This document shows, piece by piece, positions 17,351-25,629 of a stretch of 32,656 bases of DNA. Numbering within the stretch: the stretch's first letter is position 1; each line of letters opens with the position of its first letter. The notes below the pieces were generated by a model that saw nothing but the letters and a program-made list of their open reading frames with translations, did not search any database and had not been told where the DNA came from. The position numbers and the translations under genes are program-made. The stretch is from a virus. Taxonomy: Duplodnaviria > Caudoviricetes. Location: IMG/VR virus record IMGVR_UViG_3300027769_000092, positions 1 through 32,656 of that record; one strand, 5' to 3'.

Positions 17351-18503
17351 CATAGTAGAGTCACTGAATGTAAATTCAATGGGTCTTATTAAAAGTCTAA
17401 ACTGTACTCAGAAAGAAGTAGTAAAGTTTTCAGATACTAACTGGAATAATATTAGATACTTTAAAGAGTTCTATAATGAGCATGTAAATAAAACTGTAGA
17501 TTTAACTGGTGCTAAAACTATTTATATATCTCCTAAGTGTGAGGTATCTAGAGAGAAACTAAAGTCATTACTAGATTCTATTGGTGCCCGTGTTGTTAGA
17601 GATCCTGAGAAGGCAGACTTGATTTTTACAAACTCAAAATACTGTTATGAGTCAGCTGATACTCAAATATATAAAGTCTTTGATGAGTTTGATCATACTA
17701 ACGGTGAACAAGCTTTTATGAGTCCTGATGATGCAAAGTTGTTTAAGAACTCTTTATTCAAAAGAGAAGATAACATAGACCTTAAACAATCTATAGAGTC
17801 TATTAATAAGAAGTATAAGTCGTCACGTAATAGTTGGACAAGTGCTAGTTTTGCAGACTTTAAGTTTGCAGGTACCTATATAAATATGGAATCTATTGAA
17901 GCAAACCTTATCTTAAATAATCTCTTTAATGATGGTGGTGTTAAGGTATATGATGAGGCAGCTCTATTAGATAAGATGGGTGAAGCAGTAATAGATAGAA
18001 ATACTTTTGAAGCAATTCTGCAAATGTTTGAGAGTGCTGATACTAGTAACCATACTGTTGCTATGACTATTATGGCTAACTGTAACTATAAGAAGAGTGC
18101 TGTATATCTAGCACAGATCTGTAGACGATGTGGTCATAAAGTATGGGATCATCCTACTAGAAAAACTGTAGCATTCAAAGGTCTTATTAGTTTCTTAGGA
18201 ACTAACATGAGATACCATTTCAGATTTGACTATGAAGATGTATTCAACATTGCTATAGAAAAAGGTGAAGTTACACCTGAAGTAGTAGATTTCTTATATG
18301 AGCTAGGTGCTGATGAGTTCTCATCATCAACTAGTATGATTGAACATACAGGATACAAGTTCTCTGAGGAAGCATTAACCAAAATAAATAATAAATTAAA
18401 TGATAACGGATTTCCAAGCAGAGGAGAGGTTCTACAACAAGAAGTTTCAGTTCAGTTACAGCAGCCTGAACAAGTTGATGTTTGTCCCGAATACCTTTTA
18501 TAA
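17328..18503 (+). CDS. Split-BRCT-like plus X-domain protein, paralogue 2
   Basis: LTGAKTIYISP...SREKLKSLLDSIGARVVRDPEKADLIF ... GVKVYDEAALL, then shared helical domain. Confidence 0.7.
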   Translation: MVNKIQINIVESLNVNSMGLIKSLNCTQKEVVKFSDTNWNNIRYFKEFYNEHVNKTVDLTGAKTIYISPKCEVSREKLKSLLDSIGARVVRDPEKADLIFTNSKYCYESADTQIYKVFDEFDHTNGEQAFMSPDDAKLFKNSLFKREDNIDLKQSIESINKKYKSSRNSWTSASFADFKFAGTYINMESIEANLILNNLFNDGGVKVYDEAALLDKMGEAVIDRNTFEAILQMFESADTSNHTVAMTIMANCNYKKSAVYLAQICRRCGHKVWDHPTRKTVAFKGLISFLGTNMRYHFRFDYEDVFNIAIEKGEVTPEVVDFLYELGADEFSSSTSMIEHTGYKFSEEALTKINNKLNDNGFPSRGEVLQQEVSVQLQQPEQVDVCPEYLL

Positions 18504-19368
18504 ACATTATATTCTTGGTCAACGTGAAGATAGACTTGACTCTCATTTAGTTGAGGGTCGGGCTCTTCATTGTTTACTACTTGAGGGAGAGAAGTTTAAT
18601 GAACAATTTGTTGTATCATTAGCATCTCTACCCGGAGACAACGCACGTAAAGTTATTGACAAAGTGTATGCACTATCTTGCCAAGGAGGTTGTGAATCAT
18701 TATCTTTGTCAGAACATGAGGAAACTATAATTGATGTTCTAAGGGAGATTAATCTACATCAGAGTCTTAAAACAGACCAGCAACGTGTAGAGAAAATTCT
18801 CACTGCAGAGAACATTAACTATTATGAGTTTCTTAAATCAAAAGGTTCCAAGACTGTTATAGACCAGGAAACTTATGATAAACTCAAGGGGTATGTTGAA
18901 TTAATACTTAACAATGAATCAGTTACTAGCTTACTTCAGTTAGGTTCTCCTAACAGTTGGAGTGAGGTGCCACTAGATACTGAGACTAAGTATTCATTCG
19001 GTTTAAAAGGTATCATAGATAATTATGTTTATGATCCTGAAACTAAAGTTGTTACTGTTAATGACTTTAAAACTACCGGGAAAACTATTTCTGAGTTTAA
19101 AGAAACTGTAGACTACTACCATTATTGGATGCAAGCAGCCATCTATTACAAGTTAATAGAAGGAAACTTTAAAGGTCTTTCAGAGATCAGGTTTAATTTC
19201 ATAGTTATTGATAAGTACCAACAGGTATTCGCGTTTCCTGTTTGTGCTGCTACGTTGCATAGCTGGATCTGGGAACTGGAAGAATGTTTAAAGAAAGCAG
19301 ACTACCATTATAATAGTAGAAATTATAGTCTTCCTTATGACTATATTGTAAATAAGGTAACATTATAA
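18400..19368 (+). CDS. PD-(D/E)XK exonuclease (DUF3799/RecE-like)
   Basis: FSYSSL, GRALHCLLLE, E-x-LKGIID, DFKTT, YWMQAAIY. Confidence 0.85.
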   Translation: MITDFQAEERFYNKKFQFSYSSLNKLMFVPNTFYKHYILGQREDRLDSHLVEGRALHCLLLEGEKFNEQFVVSLASLPGDNARKVIDKVYALSCQGGCESLSLSEHEETIIDVLREINLHQSLKTDQQRVEKILTAENINYYEFLKSKGSKTVIDQETYDKLKGYVELILNNESVTSLLQLGSPNSWSEVPLDTETKYSFGLKGIIDNYVYDPETKVVTVNDFKTTGKTISEFKETVDYYHYWMQAAIYYKLIEGNFKGLSEIRFNFIVIDKYQQVFAFPVCAATLHSWIWELEECLKKADYHYNSRNYSLPYDYIVNKVTL

Positions 19369-19371
19369 ACT

Positions 19372-19929
19372 ATGATTAAACAAGTCTTATCAGCCTATAC
19401 TCAAAAATCAAGGTTGTTCCTATTTCCCTTATTAGGGTTTCCTAGAAATTCAACAACCAATCCTGTGCAAACATATGTTACATGGGAAGGTGTTTATAAT
19501 ATCAATGATATGAATTTGATATGTGAATACCCTAATAGAATGGATAAAGACTTTAAGGATTTTGAAAAGAAAATGTTAAACCATGTTTATTTTATTGACT
19601 ATAAAGAAACTGAAAATGACAGCAGTATATACATATTCGATATGAGTACGTATAAAGATGCATGGAATAAGTTTCTGTTAGGTAAGTACTCAAACTTTGA
19701 TGTTGAGCACAAGAAGAAAATAAGATATTACTTTTCAAACAACAGCTCATCTTCTGAATACATAGATAGTTATTTTTCTCCTGAAAGATATTATGCCACG
19801 TATGCAAAAATATTAGGAGTAGATATATCATTATTAGAAAGTGTAGGAGAGTTGTGTAGCATTCCTGATTTAGTCCAGGAAAATCTAATAATAAAAATCA
19901 AGGATGTGGAATTCTCTAACTTTAGTTAG
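19372..19929 (+). CDS. Hypothetical protein
   Basis: QKSRLFLFPLLG...FLLGKYS; lies between nuclease and PolB. Confidence 0.75.
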   Translation: MIKQVLSAYTQKSRLFLFPLLGFPRNSTTNPVQTYVTWEGVYNINDMNLICEYPNRMDKDFKDFEKKMLNHVYFIDYKETENDSSIYIFDMSTYKDAWNKFLLGKYSNFDVEHKKKIRYYFSNNSSSSEYIDSYFSPERYYATYAKILGVDISLLESVGELCSIPDLVQENLIIKIKDVEFSNFS

Positions 19930-19937
19930 TATATTTG
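19930..19937 (+). promoter_or_regulatory. Probable -7 promoter element upstream of polB block
   Basis: Intergenic TATATTTG; -33 element imperfect. Confidence 0.5.
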
Positions 19938-19956
19938 GCATCCTAAAAACCAATTT

Positions 19957-20343
19957 ATGAATAATATGTTATTAATCACATCGTCATGGAAGGACGGTAA
20001 AACTTTCAAAATGATTCCTACAACAAAGGATTGTCCTTTTGTTGAATGTATTTATGATCAGCAGGTACAGGTATTAGCAGTTATCGGGTCTTCAAAGAAA
20101 GACACGTTTCATATGCTAACTAAACTTGATGCTAATGGAGATCCTGAGACTAGGAAAACTCCTGGACGTACTGGTAATCCCTTTAAAGAAGAACGTCGTT
20201 CAGTAGAAACTTTTCAAGAATATTATGTTGAAGACTTAAATGAGATTCGTGAGTTTATTAAGATGTTTGCTACTAATGCAGATAAATTTGATTATGAATC
20301 TTATCTTGTTGCCTTGCCTACAGAACCAAATACTGCAGAGTAA
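19957..20343 (+). CDS. Hypothetical protein
   Basis: 128 aa; TAATG coupling to polB. Confidence 0.8.
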   Translation: MNNMLLITSSWKDGKTFKMIPTTKDCPFVECIYDQQVQVLAVIGSSKKDTFHMLTKLDANGDPETRKTPGRTGNPFKEERRSVETFQEYYVEDLNEIREFIKMFATNADKFDYESYLVALPTEPNTAE

Positions 20344-22334
20344 TGGCTAACTGGGTAATGGACTATGAGACCCTCATTAACTGTTTCGTTGCCGTATTCA
20401 CTAATCATAAAGAAGATGAAACTAAAGTATTTGTAGTACATAAACTTCGGGATGACTTTAAAGAGTTCCATGAGTTTCTACATGATAACAAGTTTGATCA
20501 GTCATGGCATATATCCTTTAATGGTATAGCATTTGACTCGCAGATTACTGAATATTTATTACGAGAAGGTGATGAGTTGCTAGGCCAGGATCCAGAATTT
20601 ATTGCTCATAGTATTTATCTTAAAGCACAAGAAACTATAGAGAGGTCTAATGCTGAGGAATTTCCGGTTTATTCTGAGAGAGACCTTAGTATTAGACAAC
20701 TTGATTTGTTTAAACTAAACCATTGGGATAATCCTGCAAAGAGATCTAGTCTTAAATGGATTCAGTTTTCTATGGACTGGCATAACGTAAGAGATATGCC
20801 TATCCACCATAGTACGTATATCAAAACACAAGATGAGATTAATACTATTATTAGTTATTGTATTAATGACGTGGCTAGTACTAAGCAAGTAATGATGCTT
20901 AGTAAAGAGCAGATCATGTTAAGGAAAGCATTGACTAATGAATATAATATTAATCTCTATAGTGCTTCAGAACCCCGGATATCTAAGGAGTTGTTTCTAC
21001 ACTTCTTGAGTGCCAAGACCGGGATAAAGAAGTATGATCTTAAACAGATGCGTACTAGAAGAACTGAGATTCGTGTTGCAGATATCATTCTACCCTATGT
21101 AAACTTTAAACGTAAAGAGTTTAATAACCTACATGATAAGTTTAAATCTCTAGTTATTGATCCTCAGAACTTAAAAGGAGCATTTAAGTATTCTATTAAT
21201 CACAAAGGTGTAAAGACAGACTTTGGTTTTGGTGGTGTGCATGGTGCTACTAAGGCTGGTATATATGAAGCAAAAGATGGTATGATCATCATGACTTCAG
21301 ACGTTACTAGTTTCTATCCTAATCTAGCTATTAGAAATGGATGGGCTCCTGCACATATTCCAAGAAAAGAATTCTGTGAACAGTATGAGTGGTTCTTTGA
21401 AGAAAGAAAGAAGATACCAAAGAAGGATCCTAGGAACTATGTCTATAAGATTATTCTTAATAGTACTTATGGTCTCAGCAATGAGGAGAATAGTTTCTTG
21501 TATGATCCGGAGTTTACCATGCGTATTACTATGAATGGTCAACTTAGTCTGATGATGTTATATGAAATGTTATCAGAGTCTATTCCCGGAAGTATACCTC
21601 TCATGCAAAATACAGATGGTCTAGAGATGATGATTCCCGCAAACTATAAAGATGTATATCTTGAAGTATGTAGTAAGTGGGAAGAGATGACTCAACTACA
21701 GTTAGAACATGACCAGTATCAGAAGATGATCATTGGTGATGTAAATAACTATATTGCTGTATTTAAAGAGAAAGAGATACCAAAGGATGACTGGGACACA
21801 ATGAAGAAGAAAACTCCTCATTATGTCTATACGCAAAGAGATGGTAAGTATTTCTTTAATGCTACTAAATGTAAGGGTCGGTATGAGTTTTCTGATCTGG
21901 CATTACATAAAAATAAATCTGCCTTGATAGTTCCAAAGACTATCTATAATTATTTTGTACATAATCAGGTACCTGAAGTATATATGCAACAGAACCGTAA
22001 CATCTTTGATTATCTAAAAGGTGTCAAGAAGAAAGGTGACTGGCATTTCATCATGACCTGTTTTACTAAAGGTAAACGCATTGATACAGAGTTACAGACT
22101 ATTGTTAGATATTATGTATCTAATAAAGGATGTAAGATTATCAAAGTAAATAAATCTGACGGTAGAGAAATACAAGTTGAATCAGGAAGATGGTTACAAA
22201 CAGAGTTTAATCTTTATGAGATTAAACCTTGGAAAGACTATGACATCAATGATGAGTATTATCTAGCACAGGTTTATCGTGAAATAGACCTGATAAATAA
22301 AAAGAAAGAAACGTCACAACTAACTTTATTTTAA
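20343..22334 (+). CDS. polB: Family B DNA polymerase with 3'-5' exonuclease domain
   Basis: ExoI DYE, ExoII FNGIAFD, ExoIII YCIND; DVTSFYP, KIILNSTYG, NTDG, DVNNY. Confidence 0.92.
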   Translation: MANWVMDYETLINCFVAVFTNHKEDETKVFVVHKLRDDFKEFHEFLHDNKFDQSWHISFNGIAFDSQITEYLLREGDELLGQDPEFIAHSIYLKAQETIERSNAEEFPVYSERDLSIRQLDLFKLNHWDNPAKRSSLKWIQFSMDWHNVRDMPIHHSTYIKTQDEINTIISYCINDVASTKQVMMLSKEQIMLRKALTNEYNINLYSASEPRISKELFLHFLSAKTGIKKYDLKQMRTRRTEIRVADIILPYVNFKRKEFNNLHDKFKSLVIDPQNLKGAFKYSINHKGVKTDFGFGGVHGATKAGIYEAKDGMIIMTSDVTSFYPNLAIRNGWAPAHIPRKEFCEQYEWFFEERKKIPKKDPRNYVYKIILNSTYGLSNEENSFLYDPEFTMRITMNGQLSLMMLYEMLSESIPGSIPLMQNTDGLEMMIPANYKDVYLEVCSKWEEMTQLQLEHDQYQKMIIGDVNNYIAVFKEKEIPKDDWDTMKKKTPHYVYTQRDGKYFFNATKCKGRYEFSDLALHKNKSALIVPKTIYNYFVHNQVPEVYMQQNRNIFDYLKGVKKKGDWHFIMTCFTKGKRIDTELQTIVRYYVSNKGCKIIKVNKSDGREIQVESGRWLQTEFNLYEIKPWKDYDINDEYYLAQVYREIDLINKKKETSQLTLF

Positions 22335-22335
22335 A

Positions 22336-23415
22336 ATGCCATTCAAATTAGCAATGGGTGGGAGCACGGAGAGTTATCTTCGTGACTCCTGCCACATTCC
22401 CCAACATGGAGGAAGATATAAAGTAATTACGAATGCGTCAGTACTTGACACAGTTCGTGCAGAACTAGCAGCTGCTGGTTTAATTGTAGATAGAGAGTTA
22501 TTCTCTTCAAATGGAAAGGTTACAGTCGGTAACCACTATATGTCATATGGTACAGATCCAAACATTGGTATAGTATTTACCTGGGTTAACTCATATGATA
22601 AGAGTACTAAGTTTCACTGTAGTGTAGGTTTGCACTTTAAAGATACTGATGGAGTAATGATTACTTCAGACATGGCTTTCTTTATGCGTAAACATACAGG
22701 TACTGCAGATGTAGAGATGGTAGATAATGTAAAGAAGCAGATTGGTCATACAGATAGTTTCTATAATGAGTTACTTAGACGTAAAACATCTATGGAAGCT
22801 GTACTTGTAAATAAGAATCAGTGCGGGGAGATCATGGGTAAGACCTTTATCAATGATTATCTTAAAGCAGATCAGTTGACTGCAAGTAAACATTACTATG
22901 ATAAGTTATTTGTAAACTCTGATGAGATATCTTTATGGACGGTATATACAGGATTAGCATATTCTATTCAACATAGTCATCCTAAGTTCTATACTAGATC
23001 ACACATCGGATGTTTTGATACAGTATATGATGAATTAAAACATACTCTTCTTAGTACTTCAGTAACTCTACAACCTATAAACTCTGTAGATATCATAGAG
23101 ACAGATCCTAATCAGATAAGTATCTTTGATGTTATTTCAGAAGAAGAAGAGATGTATGTAAACATGACTAATGATTTATTAATTCCAGACTTTGATAATG
23201 TAGAAAATACAGGTTCAGATTTTGACATTGATAAAGAACCTGTAAATGAACCTGTAATCTTTGACTTTGAAGAAGAGGAAGTACCTTTTGATACTACACC
23301 AGTACCAGATGCTTTCTATGAAGATCAAGAAAAAGAAGAAAGTTCTTTGTCTAATGAGGAAGAATTCTTTAACTTTGGTACGTCAGACGACGTGTTAGAT
23401 TTACCAGAACTATAA
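22336..23415 (+). CDS. DUF932-like protein with long acidic tail
   Basis: YKVITN, NSYDKS, KHTG motifs; last ~100 aa D/E/F-rich. Confidence 0.7.
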   Translation: MPFKLAMGGSTESYLRDSCHIPQHGGRYKVITNASVLDTVRAELAAAGLIVDRELFSSNGKVTVGNHYMSYGTDPNIGIVFTWVNSYDKSTKFHCSVGLHFKDTDGVMITSDMAFFMRKHTGTADVEMVDNVKKQIGHTDSFYNELLRRKTSMEAVLVNKNQCGEIMGKTFINDYLKADQLTASKHYYDKLFVNSDEISLWTVYTGLAYSIQHSHPKFYTRSHIGCFDTVYDELKHTLLSTSVTLQPINSVDIIETDPNQISIFDVISEEEEMYVNMTNDLLIPDFDNVENTGSDFDIDKEPVNEPVIFDFEEEEVPFDTTPVPDAFYEDQEKEESSLSNEEEFFNFGTSDDVLDLPEL

Positions 23416-23420
23416 AATAT

Positions 23421-23460
23421 GACCCGGGGGTGTGCAGACCCTTGCATGCCCCTCTGGGTC
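23421..23460 (+). promoter_or_regulatory. Strong GC-rich intergenic hairpin without U-tract
   Basis: GACCCGGGGGTGTGCA-GACCCT-TGCATGCCCCTCTGGGTC, about 16 bp with a 2-nt bulge. Confidence 0.6.
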
Positions 23461-23473
23461 TAAACTTAATGTT

Positions 23474-24007
23474 ATGAATAGAAAAGAATTTAATCAACTA
23501 GTAGATAAACGTAAAGAACTTATTGAATCAGTATTACAGAAGAAAGGTGCCGAGTATTCAGGTGACACAAATGTTTTTCACAACTTTGAAGAAGGTACTA
23601 AAATATCTTTTCATAGTAAACGTGAAATGGTAGCATGGGAATACATGACTAAGCATCTTCAGTCTATTCGTGATATGATCAGTGATGATAAAGCATACTC
23701 CGAACATATTATCCGTGAGAAGTTCGGTGATGCTATTAATTATCTTATTCTTATGGAGGCTATGATGATAGAGTCTAATGGTCTACACAGTAGGTTCTGT
23801 GATGCTATAAAAGAAACTGCTCAGAAAGCTGAAAAGAAGATACAAGAGTTACGTACTCCCGGTTATGAAAGAGGAATGGATCAACTAGGTATGCCTAGAA
23901 TATCTTCTCCTGTAAACCCTCTTTCTAAAAAAAATGACCCATTAGATAAAATGAAACTTCAACAACTACCACCTAGTTATGATGAGTGGTATTATTCTAG
24001 TTATTAA
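23474..24007 (+). CDS. Nmad1/DUF1599-like all-alpha protein (nucleotide-modification-associated)
   Basis: ATG 23474; LQKKGAEY...FHNF...KH...EKFGDAINYLIL. Confidence 0.65.
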   Translation: MNRKEFNQLVDKRKELIESVLQKKGAEYSGDTNVFHNFEEGTKISFHSKREMVAWEYMTKHLQSIRDMISDDKAYSEHIIREKFGDAINYLILMEAMMIESNGLHSRFCDAIKETAQKAEKKIQELRTPGYERGMDQLGMPRISSPVNPLSKKNDPLDKMKLQQLPPSYDEWYYSSY

Positions 24008-24009
24008 TT

Positions 24010-24399
24010 ATGAAAAATATTATAGATGCCGTGAAGGAATTTCACGACGTATTTGGACAACATTACGCAACTGAACCAAGTTTAATTAGAGAAAAAGAAT
24101 TCCAACTAAGACATGACCTACAAGCTGAAGAACTATTTGAATACCTTATGGCATGTCGTGATAATGATTTGGTGGGTATTGCTGATGCTCTCGGTGATCA
24201 GTTATATATACTGGTGGGCACCATTCTTAAACATGGTATGCAAGACAAGATCGTGGAAGTATTCGAAGAGATACAGAGATCTAACATGAGTAAGTTAGGA
24301 GAAGACGGACTACCTATCCTGAGAGAGGATGGTAAGATTCTTAAAGGTCCTAACTATTCTAAACCTGATATTAAGTCTATCCTAGAACAAAAAAAGTAA
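24010..24399 (+). CDS. MazG-like / PRA-PH all-alpha NTP pyrophosphohydrolase
   Basis: VKEFH, EELFEY, IADALGDQLY, EIQRSNMSK, REDGKILKGPNY. Confidence 0.85.
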   Translation: MKNIIDAVKEFHDVFGQHYATEPSLIREKEFQLRHDLQAEELFEYLMACRDNDLVGIADALGDQLYILVGTILKHGMQDKIVEVFEEIQRSNMSKLGEDGLPILREDGKILKGPNYSKPDIKSILEQKK

Positions 24400-24440
24400 A
24401 CCGTTAAGTTTACTTTTAATATGATATAGTAAGACTATAT
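24392..24440. terminator. Two inverted repeats at the convergence of early and late units
   Basis: AAAAGTAAAC-CGTTAA-GTTTACTTTT (24392-24417) and ATATAGT-AAG-ACTATAT (24424-24440); both AT-rich. Confidence 0.45.
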
Positions 24441-24442
24441 GT

Positions 24443-24583
24443 TTACCCTTGTCCGCGGTAACGTTTCAAATAGTTCTTACTTGTTTTTAGTTTACTTGAT
24501 TTACTTTTAGCTACTACCCCGGGGCGTTTTCTTTTAACGCCTCTGGGTGCGTAGTTATTTTTTGCGGTATTTACTTTAGCCAT
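24443..24583 (-). CDS. 46-aa highly basic protein ('KxYRGQG' family), absent from ORF track
   Basis: MAKVNTAKNNYAPRGVKRKRPGVVAKSKSSKLKTSKNYLKRYRGQG*. Confidence 0.75.
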   Translation of the reverse strand: MAKVNTAKNNYAPRGVKRKRPGVVAKSKSSKLKTSKNYLKRYRGQG

Positions 24584-24589
24584 CTTAGT

Positions 24590-25021
24590 TTATTTTCTTT
24601 TTTTTCCTGATGTACTGCCACCTGTTTTTCTCATAGGCTGTTGCGGCTGTTGTTGAGATTTTAGTTTCTTTGCCATTGATGCCAAGTTCATTAGTTGACT
24701 TGACGTACCAATAGGGTTAGCTGCAAACTGTGTACCTAGTGTTTTACCTGCACCGGCTAATATACCTTTTAAACCCATACCTGTTGCACCAGCACCTGAT
24801 AATCCTGCACCAGCGGCACCGGATGCGCCAGCTCCAGTAGCTAATGAACCAAGACCAGCTGTTCCTAGTATACCTGCTAGACCTAAACCTGCAGCACCTG
24901 TTGCAGCACCTGCTGCTGGTACAGCTGCTACTGCAAGACCTGCTACTGCTTTTGGCAAACGTGCCTGTTTCATTATGTTGTCCAGATTATTATTATCTGG
25001 TTTCATTGATTTTTTCTTCAT
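24590..25021 (-). CDS. Gly/Ala-rich putative internal virion protein
   Basis: Long uncharged Gly/Ala/Leu run between basic termini; ends MRKTGGSTSGKKRK. Confidence 0.65.
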   Translation of the reverse strand: MKKKSMKPDNNNLDNIMKQARLPKAVAGLAVAAVPAAGAATGAAGLGLAGILGTAGLGSLATGAGASGAAGAGLSGAGATGMGLKGILAGAGKTLGTQFAANPIGTSSQLMNLASMAKKLKSQQQPQQPMRKTGGSTSGKKRK

Positions 25022-25033
25022 ATACTAATATAG

Positions 25034-25189
25034 TTAAGATCCGCAATATAAACAACTGTCATCTTCATTATCAGGGGAATCACCGTGTTCTTCCATGATA
25101 CGACGTACTTCAGCATCTACTTCTGAGTTAGTCCATTCTGGATGCATTACACGTATCTGTGCTCTTAAAAAATAAAAATTACTGTCCAT
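25034..25189 (-). CDS. 51-aa acidic microprotein ending CLYCGS, absent from ORF track
   Basis: MDSNFYFLRAQIRVMHPEWTNSEVDAEVRRIMEEHGDSPDNEDDSCLYCGS*; TGATG coupling to upstream gene. Confidence 0.7.
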   Translation of the reverse strand: MDSNFYFLRAQIRVMHPEWTNSEVDAEVRRIMEEHGDSPDNEDDSCLYCGS

Positions 25190-25629
25190 CAGTTTGTTAA
25201 TATTAATAGTGCGCCAAATACTAATGTACTACCAGATAATCCAATGATCCAATTAATACTCTTAGAATGTGTAATTTTTAACATGTTATGATCTTCATTA
25301 AGCTTATTATGTGCTTCTAAGAGATCATTATAATTTTTAACATAGGTTTTTGCATCACCTATACATTTGTTATATTCTAGTGTTAATAAATTAATCTCAA
25401 AGTTTTTGTCCTTAATAGATTTATTCAATTCAAGGATTATACTGTCCTTTAGAAGTATACTACTAGAACAGTATTTATAATCTATCATTGCATCAAGAAG
25501 ACTCTTCTCCTGTTCAGGAGTTAAGAATATTCCAGGTTTACCATTAATGATTAATCTTTGGGGAGTAAATTGACCAAAGACTGTCAAGCTGCTCATCAGT
25601 AGCATACTTAACAATAGCACGGTCGTCAT
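25189..25629 (-). CDS. Spanin-like protein (signal peptide, coiled coil, C-terminal TM)
   Basis: MTTVLLLSMLLMSSLTVFG-Q; heptads; WIIGLSGSTLVFGALLIL; start uncertain (25629-25653). Confidence 0.55.
   Translation of the reverse strand: MTTVLLLSMLLMSSLTVFGQFTPQRLIINGKPGIFLTPEQEKSLLDAMIDYKYCSSSILLKDSIILELNKSIKDKNFEINLLTLEYNKCIGDAKTYVKNYNDLLEAHNKLNEDHNMLKITHSKSINWIIGLSGSTLVFGALLILTN

Noticed and set aside
18400-18503. 104-nt overlap between BRCT-like paralogue 2 and the exonuclease as a programmed frameshift
   Set aside because: Exonuclease has its own ATG and A-rich leader; no slippery site or stimulatory structure seen
1343-21542. Minus-strand ORFs opposite + strand genes (e.g. 2307-2567, 6752-7063, 11876-12352, 21324-21542)
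   Set aside because: Antisense shadows of well-supported genes with no recognisable motifs
24740-24950. GCACC/GCAGC repeats as a tandem repeat or CRISPR array
   Set aside because: Explained by Gly/Ala codons of the minus-strand gene; no repeat-spacer periodicity
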